From positions 1,504,001-1,568,000 of the forward strand of contig OY761556.1 in the NCBI GenBank assembly GCA_963664705.1: DNA of 64,000 bases, in the 5' to 3' direction. This document shows positions 40,002 to 49,523 of this stretch, in pieces (the stretch's first letter is position 1; each line of letters begins with the position of its first letter). This stretch comes from Acidobacteriota bacterium. Its GTDB lineage: Bacteria; Acidobacteriota; UBA6911. Below the pieces are notes generated by a model that saw only the letters and a list, made by a program, of their open reading frames with translations, ran no database searches and was not told the DNA's origin. Made by a program: the position numbers and the translations under genes.

Positions 40002-42860
40002 ATGGCTAACAATGCGGCACCTGATGTGCGGGTAAGGCTCAGCGCTGAAGGCGTGGCCGAAGTAGTCAAGGCGTTTAAACAGGTTCAAACCGAATCCGAG
40101 AAAACCAAAAAGGCTGGCGCAAGTTCGGGCGGCGCGATCGGGCAGCTTATGGGAAACCTGGGCGGCCTAAAATCGCTGATTCCCACCATAACCGTGGCCG
40201 GAATAATCACGGGCTTTGTGGCCATGGCAAAGGGCGCGCTGGATGCGGCGGCAGCCATCGGCAAAATGAATCAACGCACTGGGCTTTCAGTGCAAACCCT
40301 GAGTGTAATCGGTTATGCCGCGCAAAAAACCGGCAGTGACTTGGAAGTGGTAGAAAAGGGCTTTGTCAAATTTGATAAAGCCATGCTGCAGCTGGACAAT
40401 AACAGCAAAGCCACGCGGGATGCCCTGCAGGATTTAACGGGCAGCGCTGATTCACTGAATGGCCTTAACACGGATGAAAGGCTGAAAAAGGTAATTGATG
40501 CCCTGGCGCAAATGGAGCCCAGCTACAGGCGCACGGCACTGGCCCAGGAATTTTTTGGAAGGGGCGGCGCGCAACTGCTACCCATCATTGACAAGCTGGG
40601 CGGGGAAGGCTTCGCAAAGCTCCGCGAGGAAGCGGAAAAAGTGGGCCTGATGTATGACAAAAGTTTTATCCAGGCGGCCCGCCAGGCTAAAGCAGGCATG
40701 CGCCAGCTGCAGCTGGAAGCCAGGGGCATGGCCACACAATTTTCTGCTGGCCTTATTCCAGCCATATCTGATGCAGGCGCGGCGCTGATGGAAGCCACGG
40801 GCGGCAGTGGTATTAATGGCTTCAAAATGCTGGGAGAATTCGCGGGCAATGTTATCAAAACGATTATATCCGCACTTGTAAAAATCGGCCTTAACGCTAC
40901 CTGGATTTTTGGGCGCGTGGCCAGCCTTGGCACACGCACATTTGAGTTGATTAATAATGCCGCGCATGGCCGCATCAAGGTGGGCTGGGAAGCCTTCAAG
41001 CAGGGAATAATTAACGATTCCACGGCGCTGGATAAAACCCTGCAGGATAAATACGACAAATTCCAAATGGCCCTGGAGGGCAAAAAGCGCCTGAAGCCAG
41101 AGCCAGAGCCCGTGCAGGATGAGACGGACTACAGCTATAAGCCCGATGAAGGGAAGATAGAAAAGGCGCGCCGGGCCGCGCTGGCACTTGCGGAAGCTAA
41201 CCAGGATGCAGCCGCGCGCGTGGCGGCTGCCGAACTGAAGCAGCGCGAAGCGGAAGAAAAGGAAAAGTATGAAAAGGGCCTGGAATCCTTGAATGAATAC
41301 TACCAGGCGCGCCTGGATATGACGCGGGAGCAGGCCGCAAAAGAGGAAAAGGCCCTATACGACAAAATCCAGCAGCTGCAGAAAGCACCCCTGGGTAAGG
41401 ATGAATTGCAGGATGAGCGCCAGGCCGAAATTGTGAAAGCATCCGCAGATTACCAGGTGAAGGTGCTAGAAAATACGGCGGCGCTTAAGGCCCTGGAAGC
41501 GGAAAGGGCCAAAGAAATGGAAGACCTGCAGCAGAAGGCCCTGGAGTTTGAAAAGAAAATCCAGAAGGTGCAGGCCGATAGATACCGGGCCGCAAAGGCG
41601 GATATTGACGCCCAGGCGGCGGCCCTGGATGCGCTGCTGCAAAAGCAGGGCGTGGCACCTGCGCAGCGATCGCAGCGCGTGGAAGCCTTCCGGCAGGCTG
41701 GTTACCAGGAAATAGATTTCGGCCAGCTGCAGAATGATGGCGATAGAGCCATAAAGGAAATTGCAAACGCCAGGGCGGATATTAACCGGCAAGCCCAGGC
41801 GGGCCAGCTTACTGAAATGGAGCGAGAGCAGCAAATAGCAAATATGGAACGCGCGCGGCTGCCGATTCTGCAGGAAATTGCCAAAGCCCTATCAGGCACT
41901 GCCATAACGGATGAGCAACGCCAGGCCGCCGCTGATTTCCAGGTGCAGATTGAATCCATGGCTTTTAACCAGCAGCGCGACCTGGGCACCCAGGCCCTGC
42001 AGCAGCTGGACAGGGCGCGCCAGGATATCCAGCGCAAGGTACAGGAAGGGCAACTGTATGAATTCCAGGGTGAGGAACAAATCAGACAGCTGGAAATCCA
42101 GCGCCTGCCACTGCTGCAGCAGATAGCGGATGCAATGAAGGCGGCAGCCATCACGGATGAGCAGCGCCAGGCTGTGGCAGACTTCCAGGCGCAAATAGAC
42201 CAGCTGGCCACCAGCACCAATAAGGCGGCCCTGGAATCGGCAGCGTTTAAACGCGACGTGCAAGGCGCGCTTACATCCGATCTTACTAACTGGTTTTCAA
42301 GCGGCATAGACGGCGCTGAAAGCCTGGGGGATGCATTCAGGGGCCTGGCCGCCAGCGTGGTGCAATCGCTGCGGCAAATCGCTTCACAGATGCTGGCAAA
42401 CCTGCTTATCCAGAAAATGCTGGGCCTGGTGGGCGGAATTGCAGGCGGCGCACCTGCCGGCGGATCGGGCGGCGGATCTGCGCCCGTTTTCGTTGCCAGT
42501 GGCGGCCTGGTGCGCGGGCCTGGTACTGGCACCAGCGATAGCATAGCAGCCCGGCTTTCCGATTATGAATACGTGGTGCGCAGCGCGGTGGTAAGAAAGC
42601 CAGGCGTGCTGGAGTTTTTAAGCAGGCTTAATTCTGGCGGGCCAGTGGTGCGCACTCCCAAAAGTTACCGCTTCGCCCAGGGCGGACTGGTGGATGTAGC
42701 GGCATCTGGCAAGGGCGGGCAAGCAGGCATCACTGCAGTGCTGGGCCTAGATGAAGCACTGCTATTAAAGCGCGTGGAAGCTTCCCCAGAATTCAGCAGA
42801 GTAATTGTACGGACTGCCGCGAACAATCAAAAGGCAATGAACAATGCCCTGGGAAGGTAG
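40002..42860 (+). CDS. Phage tail tape-measure protein (952 aa)
   Basis: DVRVRLSAEG start, A/Q/E/K-rich helical body, QEFFGRGGAQLLP, C-terminal ASGGLVRGPGTGTSDSIAARLS.EYVV...FAQGGLV. Confidence 0.9.
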   Translation: MANNAAPDVRVRLSAEGVAEVVKAFKQVQTESEKTKKAGASSGGAIGQLMGNLGGLKSLIPTITVAGIITGFVAMAKGALDAAAAIGKMNQRTGLSVQTLSVIGYAAQKTGSDLEVVEKGFVKFDKAMLQLDNNSKATRDALQDLTGSADSLNGLNTDERLKKVIDALAQMEPSYRRTALAQEFFGRGGAQLLPIIDKLGGEGFAKLREEAEKVGLMYDKSFIQAARQAKAGMRQLQLEARGMATQFSAGLIPAISDAGAALMEATGGSGINGFKMLGEFAGNVIKTIISALVKIGLNATWIFGRVASLGTRTFELINNAAHGRIKVGWEAFKQGIINDSTALDKTLQDKYDKFQMALEGKKRLKPEPEPVQDETDYSYKPDEGKIEKARRAALALAEANQDAAARVAAAELKQREAEEKEKYEKGLESLNEYYQARLDMTREQAAKEEKALYDKIQQLQKAPLGKDELQDERQAEIVKASADYQVKVLENTAALKALEAERAKEMEDLQQKALEFEKKIQKVQADRYRAAKADIDAQAAALDALLQKQGVAPAQRSQRVEAFRQAGYQEIDFGQLQNDGDRAIKEIANARADINRQAQAGQLTEMEREQQIANMERARLPILQEIAKALSGTAITDEQRQAAADFQVQIESMAFNQQRDLGTQALQQLDRARQDIQRKVQEGQLYEFQGEEQIRQLEIQRLPLLQQIADAMKAAAITDEQRQAVADFQAQIDQLATSTNKAALESAAFKRDVQGALTSDLTNWFSSGIDGAESLGDAFRGLAASVVQSLRQIASQMLANLLIQKMLGLVGGIAGGAPAGGSGGGSAPVFVASGGLVRGPGTGTSDSIAARLSDYEYVVRSAVVRKPGVLEFLSRLNSGGPVVRTPKSYRFAQGGLVDVAASGKGGQAGITAVLGLDEALLLKRVEASPEFSRVIVRTAANNQKAMNNALGR

Positions 42861-42865
42861 AAAAT

Positions 42866-43141
42866 ATGATTCCGGCAACTACTCTGTTTTGGGTGATAGT
42901 GGCCGCGCTCTATGCGATTATCGGGGCATTCTGGGCAGGCGCTGCAAAGGTACACGGGGCAATACGCTGTATAGCGATCTTGAGCGGAGAAGTGAAAGAG
43001 GAATGGCCAGCGGCCCGCAATTATTACCATTGGATTAGGCCCTTGGGATTTTTCTTTCTGTGGCCGCTGTTTTGTTGGATCGCGGATTATAGAGTAGAAA
43101 AGGAACGGCGCGCCGAAGATAAGCGGCGCGCCGGGTCATAG
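42866..43141 (+). CDS. Small two-TM membrane protein
   Basis: Two hydrophobic segments and a charged tail; begins 5 bp after the TMP stop. Confidence 0.6.
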   Translation: MIPATTLFWVIVAALYAIIGAFWAGAAKVHGAIRCIAILSGEVKEEWPAARNYYHWIRPLGFFFLWPLFCWIADYRVEKERRAEDKRRAGS

Positions 43142-43186
43142 TTATTTGATTGTGCGGCCTTGGCTGCGGGCCAGGGCTGCATATTC

Positions 43187-43348
43187 CTACACTTCTTTTT
43201 CTTCGAAGCCGCACAATCGCGCGGCGCATTCCACCACGGTTTCTATATCCTTTTCCTGAAGCGCGGCCTTCATGCGGGCCAGGATGGCTTCGCGGGCCTT
43301 TCCCATTTCAATCAGTACCTCCACCAAGGGGCGTCTATCTTCGCTCAT
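43187..43348 (-). CDS. Small hypothetical protein (53 aa; not in the ORF track)
   Basis: MSEDRRPLVEVLIEMGKAREAILARMKAALQEKDIETVVECAARLCGFEEKEV; ATG abuts the upstream TAA. Confidence 0.55.
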   Translation of the reverse strand: MSEDRRPLVEVLIEMGKAREAILARMKAALQEKDIETVVECAARLCGFEEKEV

Positions 43349-43672
43349 TTAGCATCCTGTCCTGACGAAGTGCGTTATTCGGCTCACAGCAATCAATGCA
43401 TTTAATCCCTTTTCGGCCTTTGTGGACGCGGCAGGATTGAAGGCGCTCTGGAATTGTGACGGCCACAAGTGCAAGAACGATAGGGCATCCCGCTGGGCTG
43501 CGGAGATTCTAAGCAGCGCGCGCGATCGCGCGTAAGCATCTACCTTAGTTGGGCTCATTCCGGCAGCTTGTACCGTGAGGCCCGTAATATCAGTTTCGAA
43601 GTCTTCGACTCTGAAGGCTGCAGGATTGCGAAGAATCGCATTCTGAACTTTTAAAAGTAATCGGGTATTCAT
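43349..43672 (-). CDS. Hypothetical phage-type protein
   Basis: GGAGG RBS; MNTRLLLKVQNAILRNP...LWPSQF...RITHFVRTG. Confidence 0.65.
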   Translation of the reverse strand: MNTRLLLKVQNAILRNPAAFRVEDFETDITGLTVQAAGMSPTKVDAYARSRALLRISAAQRDALSFLHLWPSQFQSAFNPAASTKAEKGLNALIAVSRITHFVRTGC

Positions 43673-43950
43673 TTTTGGTATTCCTCCGGATGTACCGAAG
43701 GCACGCGGGTATATAATGCGGACGGCGCGCTGCGTGCCCAAATCACGCGGTTCGCTAGGCCCTGGTGGGTGTTAGTAGCACTCCCAGGGCCGCCAATCCC
43801 TACCATCTTGTTTGCTTGGGCCTGATTTTGTCAAGCTGGATACGTCCGATTTGTGCCCGCCATCACATTTTTCGTGCATAGCGGGAACAAGATGTTCCGA
43901 TATAATAAGCGGCATTCCTTAGCCCAATACGACCGTAAAGGAGGAAGCTT

Positions 43951-44562
43951 ATGTTCTGCCAGAAATGTGGGAAAGAGATTCCTGACCAATCGACCTTTTG
44001 CAATCATTGCGGCAATAAGAGCACGGATAATGCGGAAAAGAGCCAGAAGAAGAGCAGAAGCAGCGTTCTCCCCTGGGTACTTGTTCTTATTCTGGCAACT
44101 GCAGTGGTTGCGCTATGGCTCACAAGCGGAACAGTAAAGAAATCAGAGCCGGAAACGGCTGCTATGTCACAGGCAACTAAAGTGAGGGAACAAGTTTTTA
44201 TTCCGAAAGAAGATTCCCTTATTTCGGGAACCATAAACATTCCAGCTGGGAAGATACATGAAGCCCGAATCTTGATATCGGAAAAGATGCGCAATCCCAG
44301 GATAGTGGGCCATTTCAGCGCTTCCGGTGGATCGGGCAACGATGTTCAAGTGGTTCTCACGGATGAAGACAATTTCGTTAATTGGAAGAACGGGCACCAG
44401 GGCCGGGCTTTGTATAATACCGATAAGATTACCCAGGACTCAATTAACGCCAGAATTCCAGGGCCTGGAATTTACTATTTAGCCTTTAGTAATTCCTTTT
44501 CGACATTCACTGAAAAGCAGGTTACTGCAGACATCAAGCTGAAGTACGAAATTCTTCAATAG
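43951..44562 (+). CDS. Zinc-ribbon, single-TM protein with a beta-rich external domain
   Basis: MFCQKCG...FCNHCG, TM helix, GHFSASGGSGND, GIYYLAFSNSFS; AAGGAGG RBS. Confidence 0.8.
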   Translation: MFCQKCGKEIPDQSTFCNHCGNKSTDNAEKSQKKSRSSVLPWVLVLILATAVVALWLTSGTVKKSEPETAAMSQATKVREQVFIPKEDSLISGTINIPAGKIHEARILISEKMRNPRIVGHFSASGGSGNDVQVVLTDEDNFVNWKNGHQGRALYNTDKITQDSINARIPGPGIYYLAFSNSFSTFTEKQVTADIKLKYEILQ

Positions 44563-44752
44563 AGAGATTAAACGGGTAAGCTCTTGAAAAAAAATCCGTT
44601 CCAGGATAAATTGTTGCCCGTGATGAGCACGAAAGAGCAACGGGCAATTCGGAATGGCAACCCCATACACCAGAATTTGACTTGTTGCGAAATTGGTGCG
44701 AATAGGAAATTGCAAAAACAGTAAGTCTATCAATTTCAATAAGATAGATTGA

Positions 44753-44827
<75 letters not shown>

Positions 44828-45243
44828 GCCAAATCAAACAAATCCAATCACTTACGGCGACACGAAAAAACGAGGAGAGAACGGGTTCCCTACTGGTGCA
44901 GCCAGGGTGCAGATTCTGATCGGTCTAGACTGGGTATCCAAACTCGCAGGGACAATGGATGCCAATATATTTCTCCCATGGCCGTTCCCACTGCAGGCCA
45001 CGGATTAAACAACAGCAAACCCTATTGAGCAATGTGATCGTGAAGCATTGGAGATATTCTGCGCAGTCCACCGTGAGATGAAGAATCTGTCCCAGGCGAT
45101 ATAGCGTCGGATGAGGGCAGCGTTTTTGCTGTTGAGTGTAGCAGGGGTGCAGATTTTTGCCTGATTCGAGGATGTACTTGATGCCAGATTTTAATAGAAA
45201 GCGTGTCCCATATATGGGACGCTGACGCAGAAGTTTAGATGAA

Positions 45244-45592
45244 ATGGAGTGGATTCCTGTTCGCTTTTACGGCTCCGCGCGGGATGTAATTCATGGTTGG
45301 CCGCTGGAGGTTAAGAAGGAATTAGGGTCAGTATTGACGAGACTTCAGAAAGGCGACTCCATTGGAATGCCTGATGTTCGGCCCATGCCCGATATCAGCC
45401 CGCAGGTTTCAGAGATCAGAATACCTGACAGGAGTGGAAATTGCAGAGCATTGTATGCAATCCGAACGAAATTTGGAATCTTGCTGTTCCACGCGTTCCA
45501 AAAAAAAGAGCCGCAAAACCTCCGAAAGGGAGAAGAAGACCGCGCGAACTCGACTTGAAGCTTTTTTGAAAGAACTTGAGGAAGGGCAATGA
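45244..45592 (+). pseudogene. RelE/HigB (Gp49-like) toxin, frameshifted at an A8 run
   Basis: RPMPDISPQVSEIRI...RALY...LFHAFQKK; expected end SRKTSEREKKTARTRL is in the +1 frame after 45500-45507. Confidence 0.8.
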
Positions 45593-45891
45593 AACAAAAA
45601 AGGGAAGGCAGCAAAACCGTTACGGCGAAGACACCGAACGATATAGGACGGATACTGGGGCTTACTCCAGGGGATATTGCTCTTATGAAATACAAGACAG
45701 AGCTATCGCATCTGGCCGTCAAATCGATCCGGGAATCGGGACTCGCGCTCGGTGAAATTGTAAAAAGATCCGGGGTTGCTCGCTCGAAAGTGTCCGCGAT
45801 AAAAAACGGAGCAACTGTTTCTGTTTCCTGTGATCTGTTAGTGAAAATTATCGGTGCCACGGGCGTTGAAGTTCAACCCAATGCTGCCTAA
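45589..45891 (+). CDS. XRE-type HTH antitoxin
   Basis: ESGLALGEIVKRSGVARSKVSAIKNG...SCDLLVKI; ATGA overlap with the toxin's restored stop. Confidence 0.8.
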   Translation: MKQKREGSKTVTAKTPNDIGRILGLTPGDIALMKYKTELSHLAVKSIRESGLALGEIVKRSGVARSKVSAIKNGATVSVSCDLLVKIIGATGVEVQPNAA

Positions 45892-46029
45892 GATACCGCC
45901 AGGTCGTCCTCTCGAAAGAAAAAGGCTTTCCGATTCCGGACTGAAAACTCTGGTCCGCAATCTGGATGGATGGCTCTCAAATTCAGTGCTTGTCCAACCC
46001 AAGCCAGTTTGATTAAGGAGGAATTGAGG

Positions 46030-46647
46030 GTGAATTCCAAAAGAGTGGCGCCTGTTTATCAAATTAAAATTAGTCTGCGGGATACGGAACCCCCTGTTTG
46101 GAGGTGCATTCAGGTCCCATCGAGCTATAGTTTTTGGGATTTGCATGTCGCTATCCAGGATGCCATGGGTTGGACGGATTCCCATCTCCACATGTTTCGC
46201 GTCTCCTCCACAAATAAGCGGAAAGGGGTAAACATAGGGATTCCGGATGAGGACTTCGATGATATCCGGATCTTGGCCGGATGGGAAATCCCACTTTCCC
46301 TGCATTTCCGAGAACCTGGGGCCAAGGGAATCTATGAGTATGATTTTGGGGATAGCTGGGAGCACGACATTCTTCTTGAAGGAGTGCTCATTCCAGAGGT
46401 GGGGGCGAAATATCCGCGGTGCCTCGCGGGGGAGAATGCGTGTCCGCCTGAGGATTGCGGAGGGATTGGAGGATACTACAACCTTCTGGAAATCATTCGT
46501 GACCCGCTTCACGAAGAGTACGAAGAAAGTCTGATTTGGCTAAAGAGCATGGTTCCCGGAAATGTCCCGTTTGACTCGACGAAATTTGCTCCGGAAGAAG
46601 TTCATTTCAATAACCCGAAGAAGAGGCTCAGATCCCTTCACATCTGA
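46030..46647 (+). CDS. Plasmid pRiA4b ORF-3 family protein
   Basis: YQIKISL...PPVWR, DLHVAIQDAMGWTDSHLHMF, YEYDFGDSWEH, ACPPEDCGGIGGY. Confidence 0.9.
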   Translation: MNSKRVAPVYQIKISLRDTEPPVWRCIQVPSSYSFWDLHVAIQDAMGWTDSHLHMFRVSSTNKRKGVNIGIPDEDFDDIRILAGWEIPLSLHFREPGAKGIYEYDFGDSWEHDILLEGVLIPEVGAKYPRCLAGENACPPEDCGGIGGYYNLLEIIRDPLHEEYEESLIWLKSMVPGNVPFDSTKFAPEEVHFNNPKKRLRSLHI

Positions 46648-46835
46648 CGCGTACCGCAAGATGGTAGTTTCGCCCGGAATTTGCGAACTTGTAGCCAAAG
46701 GTTGATGGTTCATGAAGGATAGAAGTTCGGATTCCAAATATTCCATTAATATTCTATTAAGGGAGCGTGCTGCACCAGTTCGAGGAATATGCTGATTTTA
46801 CATAGCCGTGATTCAATGCCATAAACGCCTAAGTC

Positions 46836-46866
46836 CGTCGCCGGTTCGATCCCGGTCTCCCGCTCC
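46836..46866 (+). repeat. tRNA-Gly 3' fragment 1 (att site)
   Basis: CGTCGCCGGTTCGATCCCGGTCTCCCGCTCC identical to the tRNA. Confidence 0.9.
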
Positions 46867-46969
46867 CAAAAGATAAAATCACTTATAACGATACGGAAAA
46901 ATTGAGGCGGAAGCGATTTTTGCTCCTGGGTGCAGATTCTTCCCAAATTAAACCCATACTGCAAGCATC

Positions 46970-47001
46970 GGGTGACACTTCATACCGGAGACATAGGTAA
47001 C
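46970..47001. mobile_element. Solo IS481-like terminal sequence
   Basis: gggtgacacttcataccggagacataggtaac resembles IS481-family ends with repeated binding motifs; no transposase nearby. Confidence 0.4.
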
Positions 47002-47298
47002 GGTTTTGGTGCGAAACGCCCGCAGGTTCTAATCTACAGCTCGGCCGTGAGGCATGGGCGCAGGCTACATTGCCGATAACCTTTATCCGGCCCAGCGGAT
47101 GGGTAGTTTACTTCTCAATCGGGGGCCGTATCTCCAAAATCCAATCTGTATTTTAAATTTGGAAACACGGCCCAATGAACCCCATTTTAGCCAAGATAGC
47201 AGTACCTGCACATTTCCTATATGATTGTATGAGTCAATAAAGGCTTCTGAAATGAGCATCGTTGCTGATCAAACGAATTTGCGGTGAGGGAAATTAGG

Positions 47299-48573
47299 AT
47301 GTCGCATAATCCATTTAAGAACAGAAATGAAGACAGCGCATCACCGGCCAAGATTGGGAAACTGGGATGGCGATATCACTGCATCGCGAGCTGGTCTTTA
47401 CTCGCCCAGCTGTGCACCTGCGCGCTGCTCTCTGCACTGATCTGCCGCGCCCAGACGGCGCCCCCTATTGGTCCCATTCGGAGCATCGCTTCGAACGGCA
47501 GCTTTTCGATCGTTGTCAAAGCCGATGGTTCCGTAGTAGGGTGGGGACGAGATCCCGATGGACAGGCGGCTCGACAGCCGTCGCAAAAGCGCGTGATCAC
47601 CTCCCCGGAAACGATCAGCCTGCCAGGCAAAGTGCTGCAGGTGGCGCTTGGTGAAACTACGCAGTACGCGCTCCTTGAAGACGGTACGGTGATTGCGTGG
47701 GGGACAAACGATGAGGGCCAATTAGGTAATGGCCCTATGGGCGCCAGCGGAGAATTGGGCCGATACCCCAAACCATCGGTGACCCCGGTGCTCGTTACCG
47801 GCCTCACTGACATCATTCAGATTGCGGCAGGCTGGAAACACGCGGTTGCTTTGCGCAAGGATGGCACTGTATGGGCGTGGGGGAGACGTGATAACGGCGA
47901 GATCGGCGACGGCAAGCCCGAGGGGCTGAGTGCATTGCGAGCCATCGGACCTACTCGCGTTCCTGGCCTTGAAGGCATCACGCAAATTGCGGTGGCGCGA
48001 CCGCACAACCTTGCGCTCCGGGCCGATGGCCGCGTGGTGGCATGGGGCTCGAACAGGGACGGCGAACTCGGCAACGGTGGACGCCTGACGGGATGGACGC
48101 CGACGGAAGTGAGCGGCATTGATCGTGTCATCTCGATTGCTGCGGGCACTGGTGGCGGCAAAGGCCTTTCGGGTGCGATCCGAAGCGACGGCACGGTCTG
48201 GTTATGGGGAACCAATACCTCCGCGCAGATGGGCAATGGACTTGGGCCGCTGTCGCCTGACGATCCCGGCGGACGTGTGCTGCAACCTGTACCGGTGGCT
48301 GGAGTGGCCGGTGCGAAGAGCCTTACTATCGGCGATGGGCACATCGCGGTGCTGCTCCGCGATGGAACCCTCAGAATGTGGGGTCACGATGGCTGGGGCC
48401 AGATCGGAGTAGGCACATCGGGCTTCTACCACGATATTTATCTTGGCGGCCCACATTCATTCGCGGTTTGCACCGACGGGAAGCTCTGGGTCTGGGGCAA
48501 GAGCTTCATAGAGAATAGTCCCGGCCTGCTTGGGAAGAACCTTTATGCTCCAACTCAGCTCAACTTGCCCTGA
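47299..48573 (+). CDS. Exported RCC1/BLIP-II repeat beta-propeller protein
   Basis: Repeated DG(T/S)V.(A/G)WG.N..G(Q/E)(L/I)G units; hydrophobic leader. Confidence 0.85.
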   Translation: MSHNPFKNRNEDSASPAKIGKLGWRYHCIASWSLLAQLCTCALLSALICRAQTAPPIGPIRSIASNGSFSIVVKADGSVVGWGRDPDGQAARQPSQKRVITSPETISLPGKVLQVALGETTQYALLEDGTVIAWGTNDEGQLGNGPMGASGELGRYPKPSVTPVLVTGLTDIIQIAAGWKHAVALRKDGTVWAWGRRDNGEIGDGKPEGLSALRAIGPTRVPGLEGITQIAVARPHNLALRADGRVVAWGSNRDGELGNGGRLTGWTPTEVSGIDRVISIAAGTGGGKGLSGAIRSDGTVWLWGTNTSAQMGNGLGPLSPDDPGGRVLQPVPVAGVAGAKSLTIGDGHIAVLLRDGTLRMWGHDGWGQIGVGTSGFYHDIYLGGPHSFAVCTDGKLWVWGKSFIENSPGLLGKNLYAPTQLNLP

Positions 48574-48845
48574 CGCATCCGCTGCTTTCTCCCCTGTCAG
48601 GCTTGCCGTCGACGTACTCCAGTACAATGTAATCCGGGCCTATGTCGAAAAGCTGGCAAATATAAAGGTGATTTAGTGCGGCGATGCGGACAATTATCAA
48701 TTGCCGGCTTCTATGGGTCGAAGAAGGATGGTCTGTACTCCATTAAGAACATGGTTTTCGCGGACCCGCATAAACAGGGCGTATTCTGATCATCGAAAAT
48801 CAACACCATGCAACCTATGTTATGTATTTTCAATGTTGAGTCAAT

Positions 48846-48894
48846 TTCCCAAGCTGGACGTTGCCGGTTCGATCCCGGTCTCCCGCTCCAGCCA
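48846..48894 (+). repeat. tRNA-Gly 3' fragment 2 (att site starting at the anticodon loop)
   Basis: TTCCCAAGCTGGACGTTGCCGGTTCGATCCCGGTCTCCCGCTCCAGCCA, one mismatch to the tRNA and its trailer. Confidence 0.92.
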
Positions 48895-48914
48895 GATCAA
48901 ATAAATCAAATAAC

Positions 48915-49118
48915 TTAGCGGAACGAGGAAGAAGCGGGAAGGGAAGCTCTGCGAGTCCGGTTGCGTCTGGGTGGCGCTTTCTGGCTAATGAGAGAAAGAC
49001 CCGTATGGCCATCCGCAGCAGTTTGCACGATAAAATCTCTGTCTTCCAGATATGCTCCAATGCTTTCGCGAAGGGATGGATCATCATCGATAATCAGTAC
49101 GCCGGTGGATGGTTTCAT
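48915..49118 (-). pseudogene. Truncated response regulator receiver domain
   Basis: VLIIDDDPSLRESIGAYLEDRDF...AADG; similarity ends before the phospho-Asp. Confidence 0.75.
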
Positions 49119-49516
49119 AATCTATCCTCGCAATGTACGGTTTCCAGCAATGTTTTCAGGGCTGCTTCCAATTCGGATATATTCAACAGAGGTTTTCGGA
49201 AAACCTTGCCGCAAATACGAGGTACATTTACAAAGCTCTGAGGAAGCTCGTAGTCCAGCGAACCCGTGCAAATTAAGAAAACGATATTCGGATTAAGATT
49301 TGTTGCTGCTTTTATGAAATCATCGCCGGTCATTCCTCCCATGCGTGTATCAACAATCGCAGCGGAAGCCGGCCGAGCCCGAAGCTGATTCAATGCTGTT
49401 TCTGCGCTTTCACATGAAAGAACACTCCATCCACGATCTTCAAAGAATGCAGACAGGCTTATTCGAATGGACTCGTCATCATCAATCACCAGAATCAACG
49501 ATTCTTCACGGGTCAT
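49115..49516 (-). CDS. Single-domain response regulator
   Basis: LVIDDD, AIVDTRMGGMTG, ICTG, FRKP. Confidence 0.9.
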   Translation of the reverse strand: MTREESLILVIDDDESIRISLSAFFEDRGWSVLSCESAETALNQLRARPASAAIVDTRMGGMTGDDFIKAATNLNPNIVFLICTGSLDYELPQSFVNVPRICGKVFRKPLLNISELEAALKTLLETVHCEDRL

Positions 49517-49523
49517 AAAATCC

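Noticed and set aside
48701-48904. Small ORFs over tRNA sequence (also 44775-45008, 46746-46964)
   Set aside because: They translate the tRNA or its att fragments
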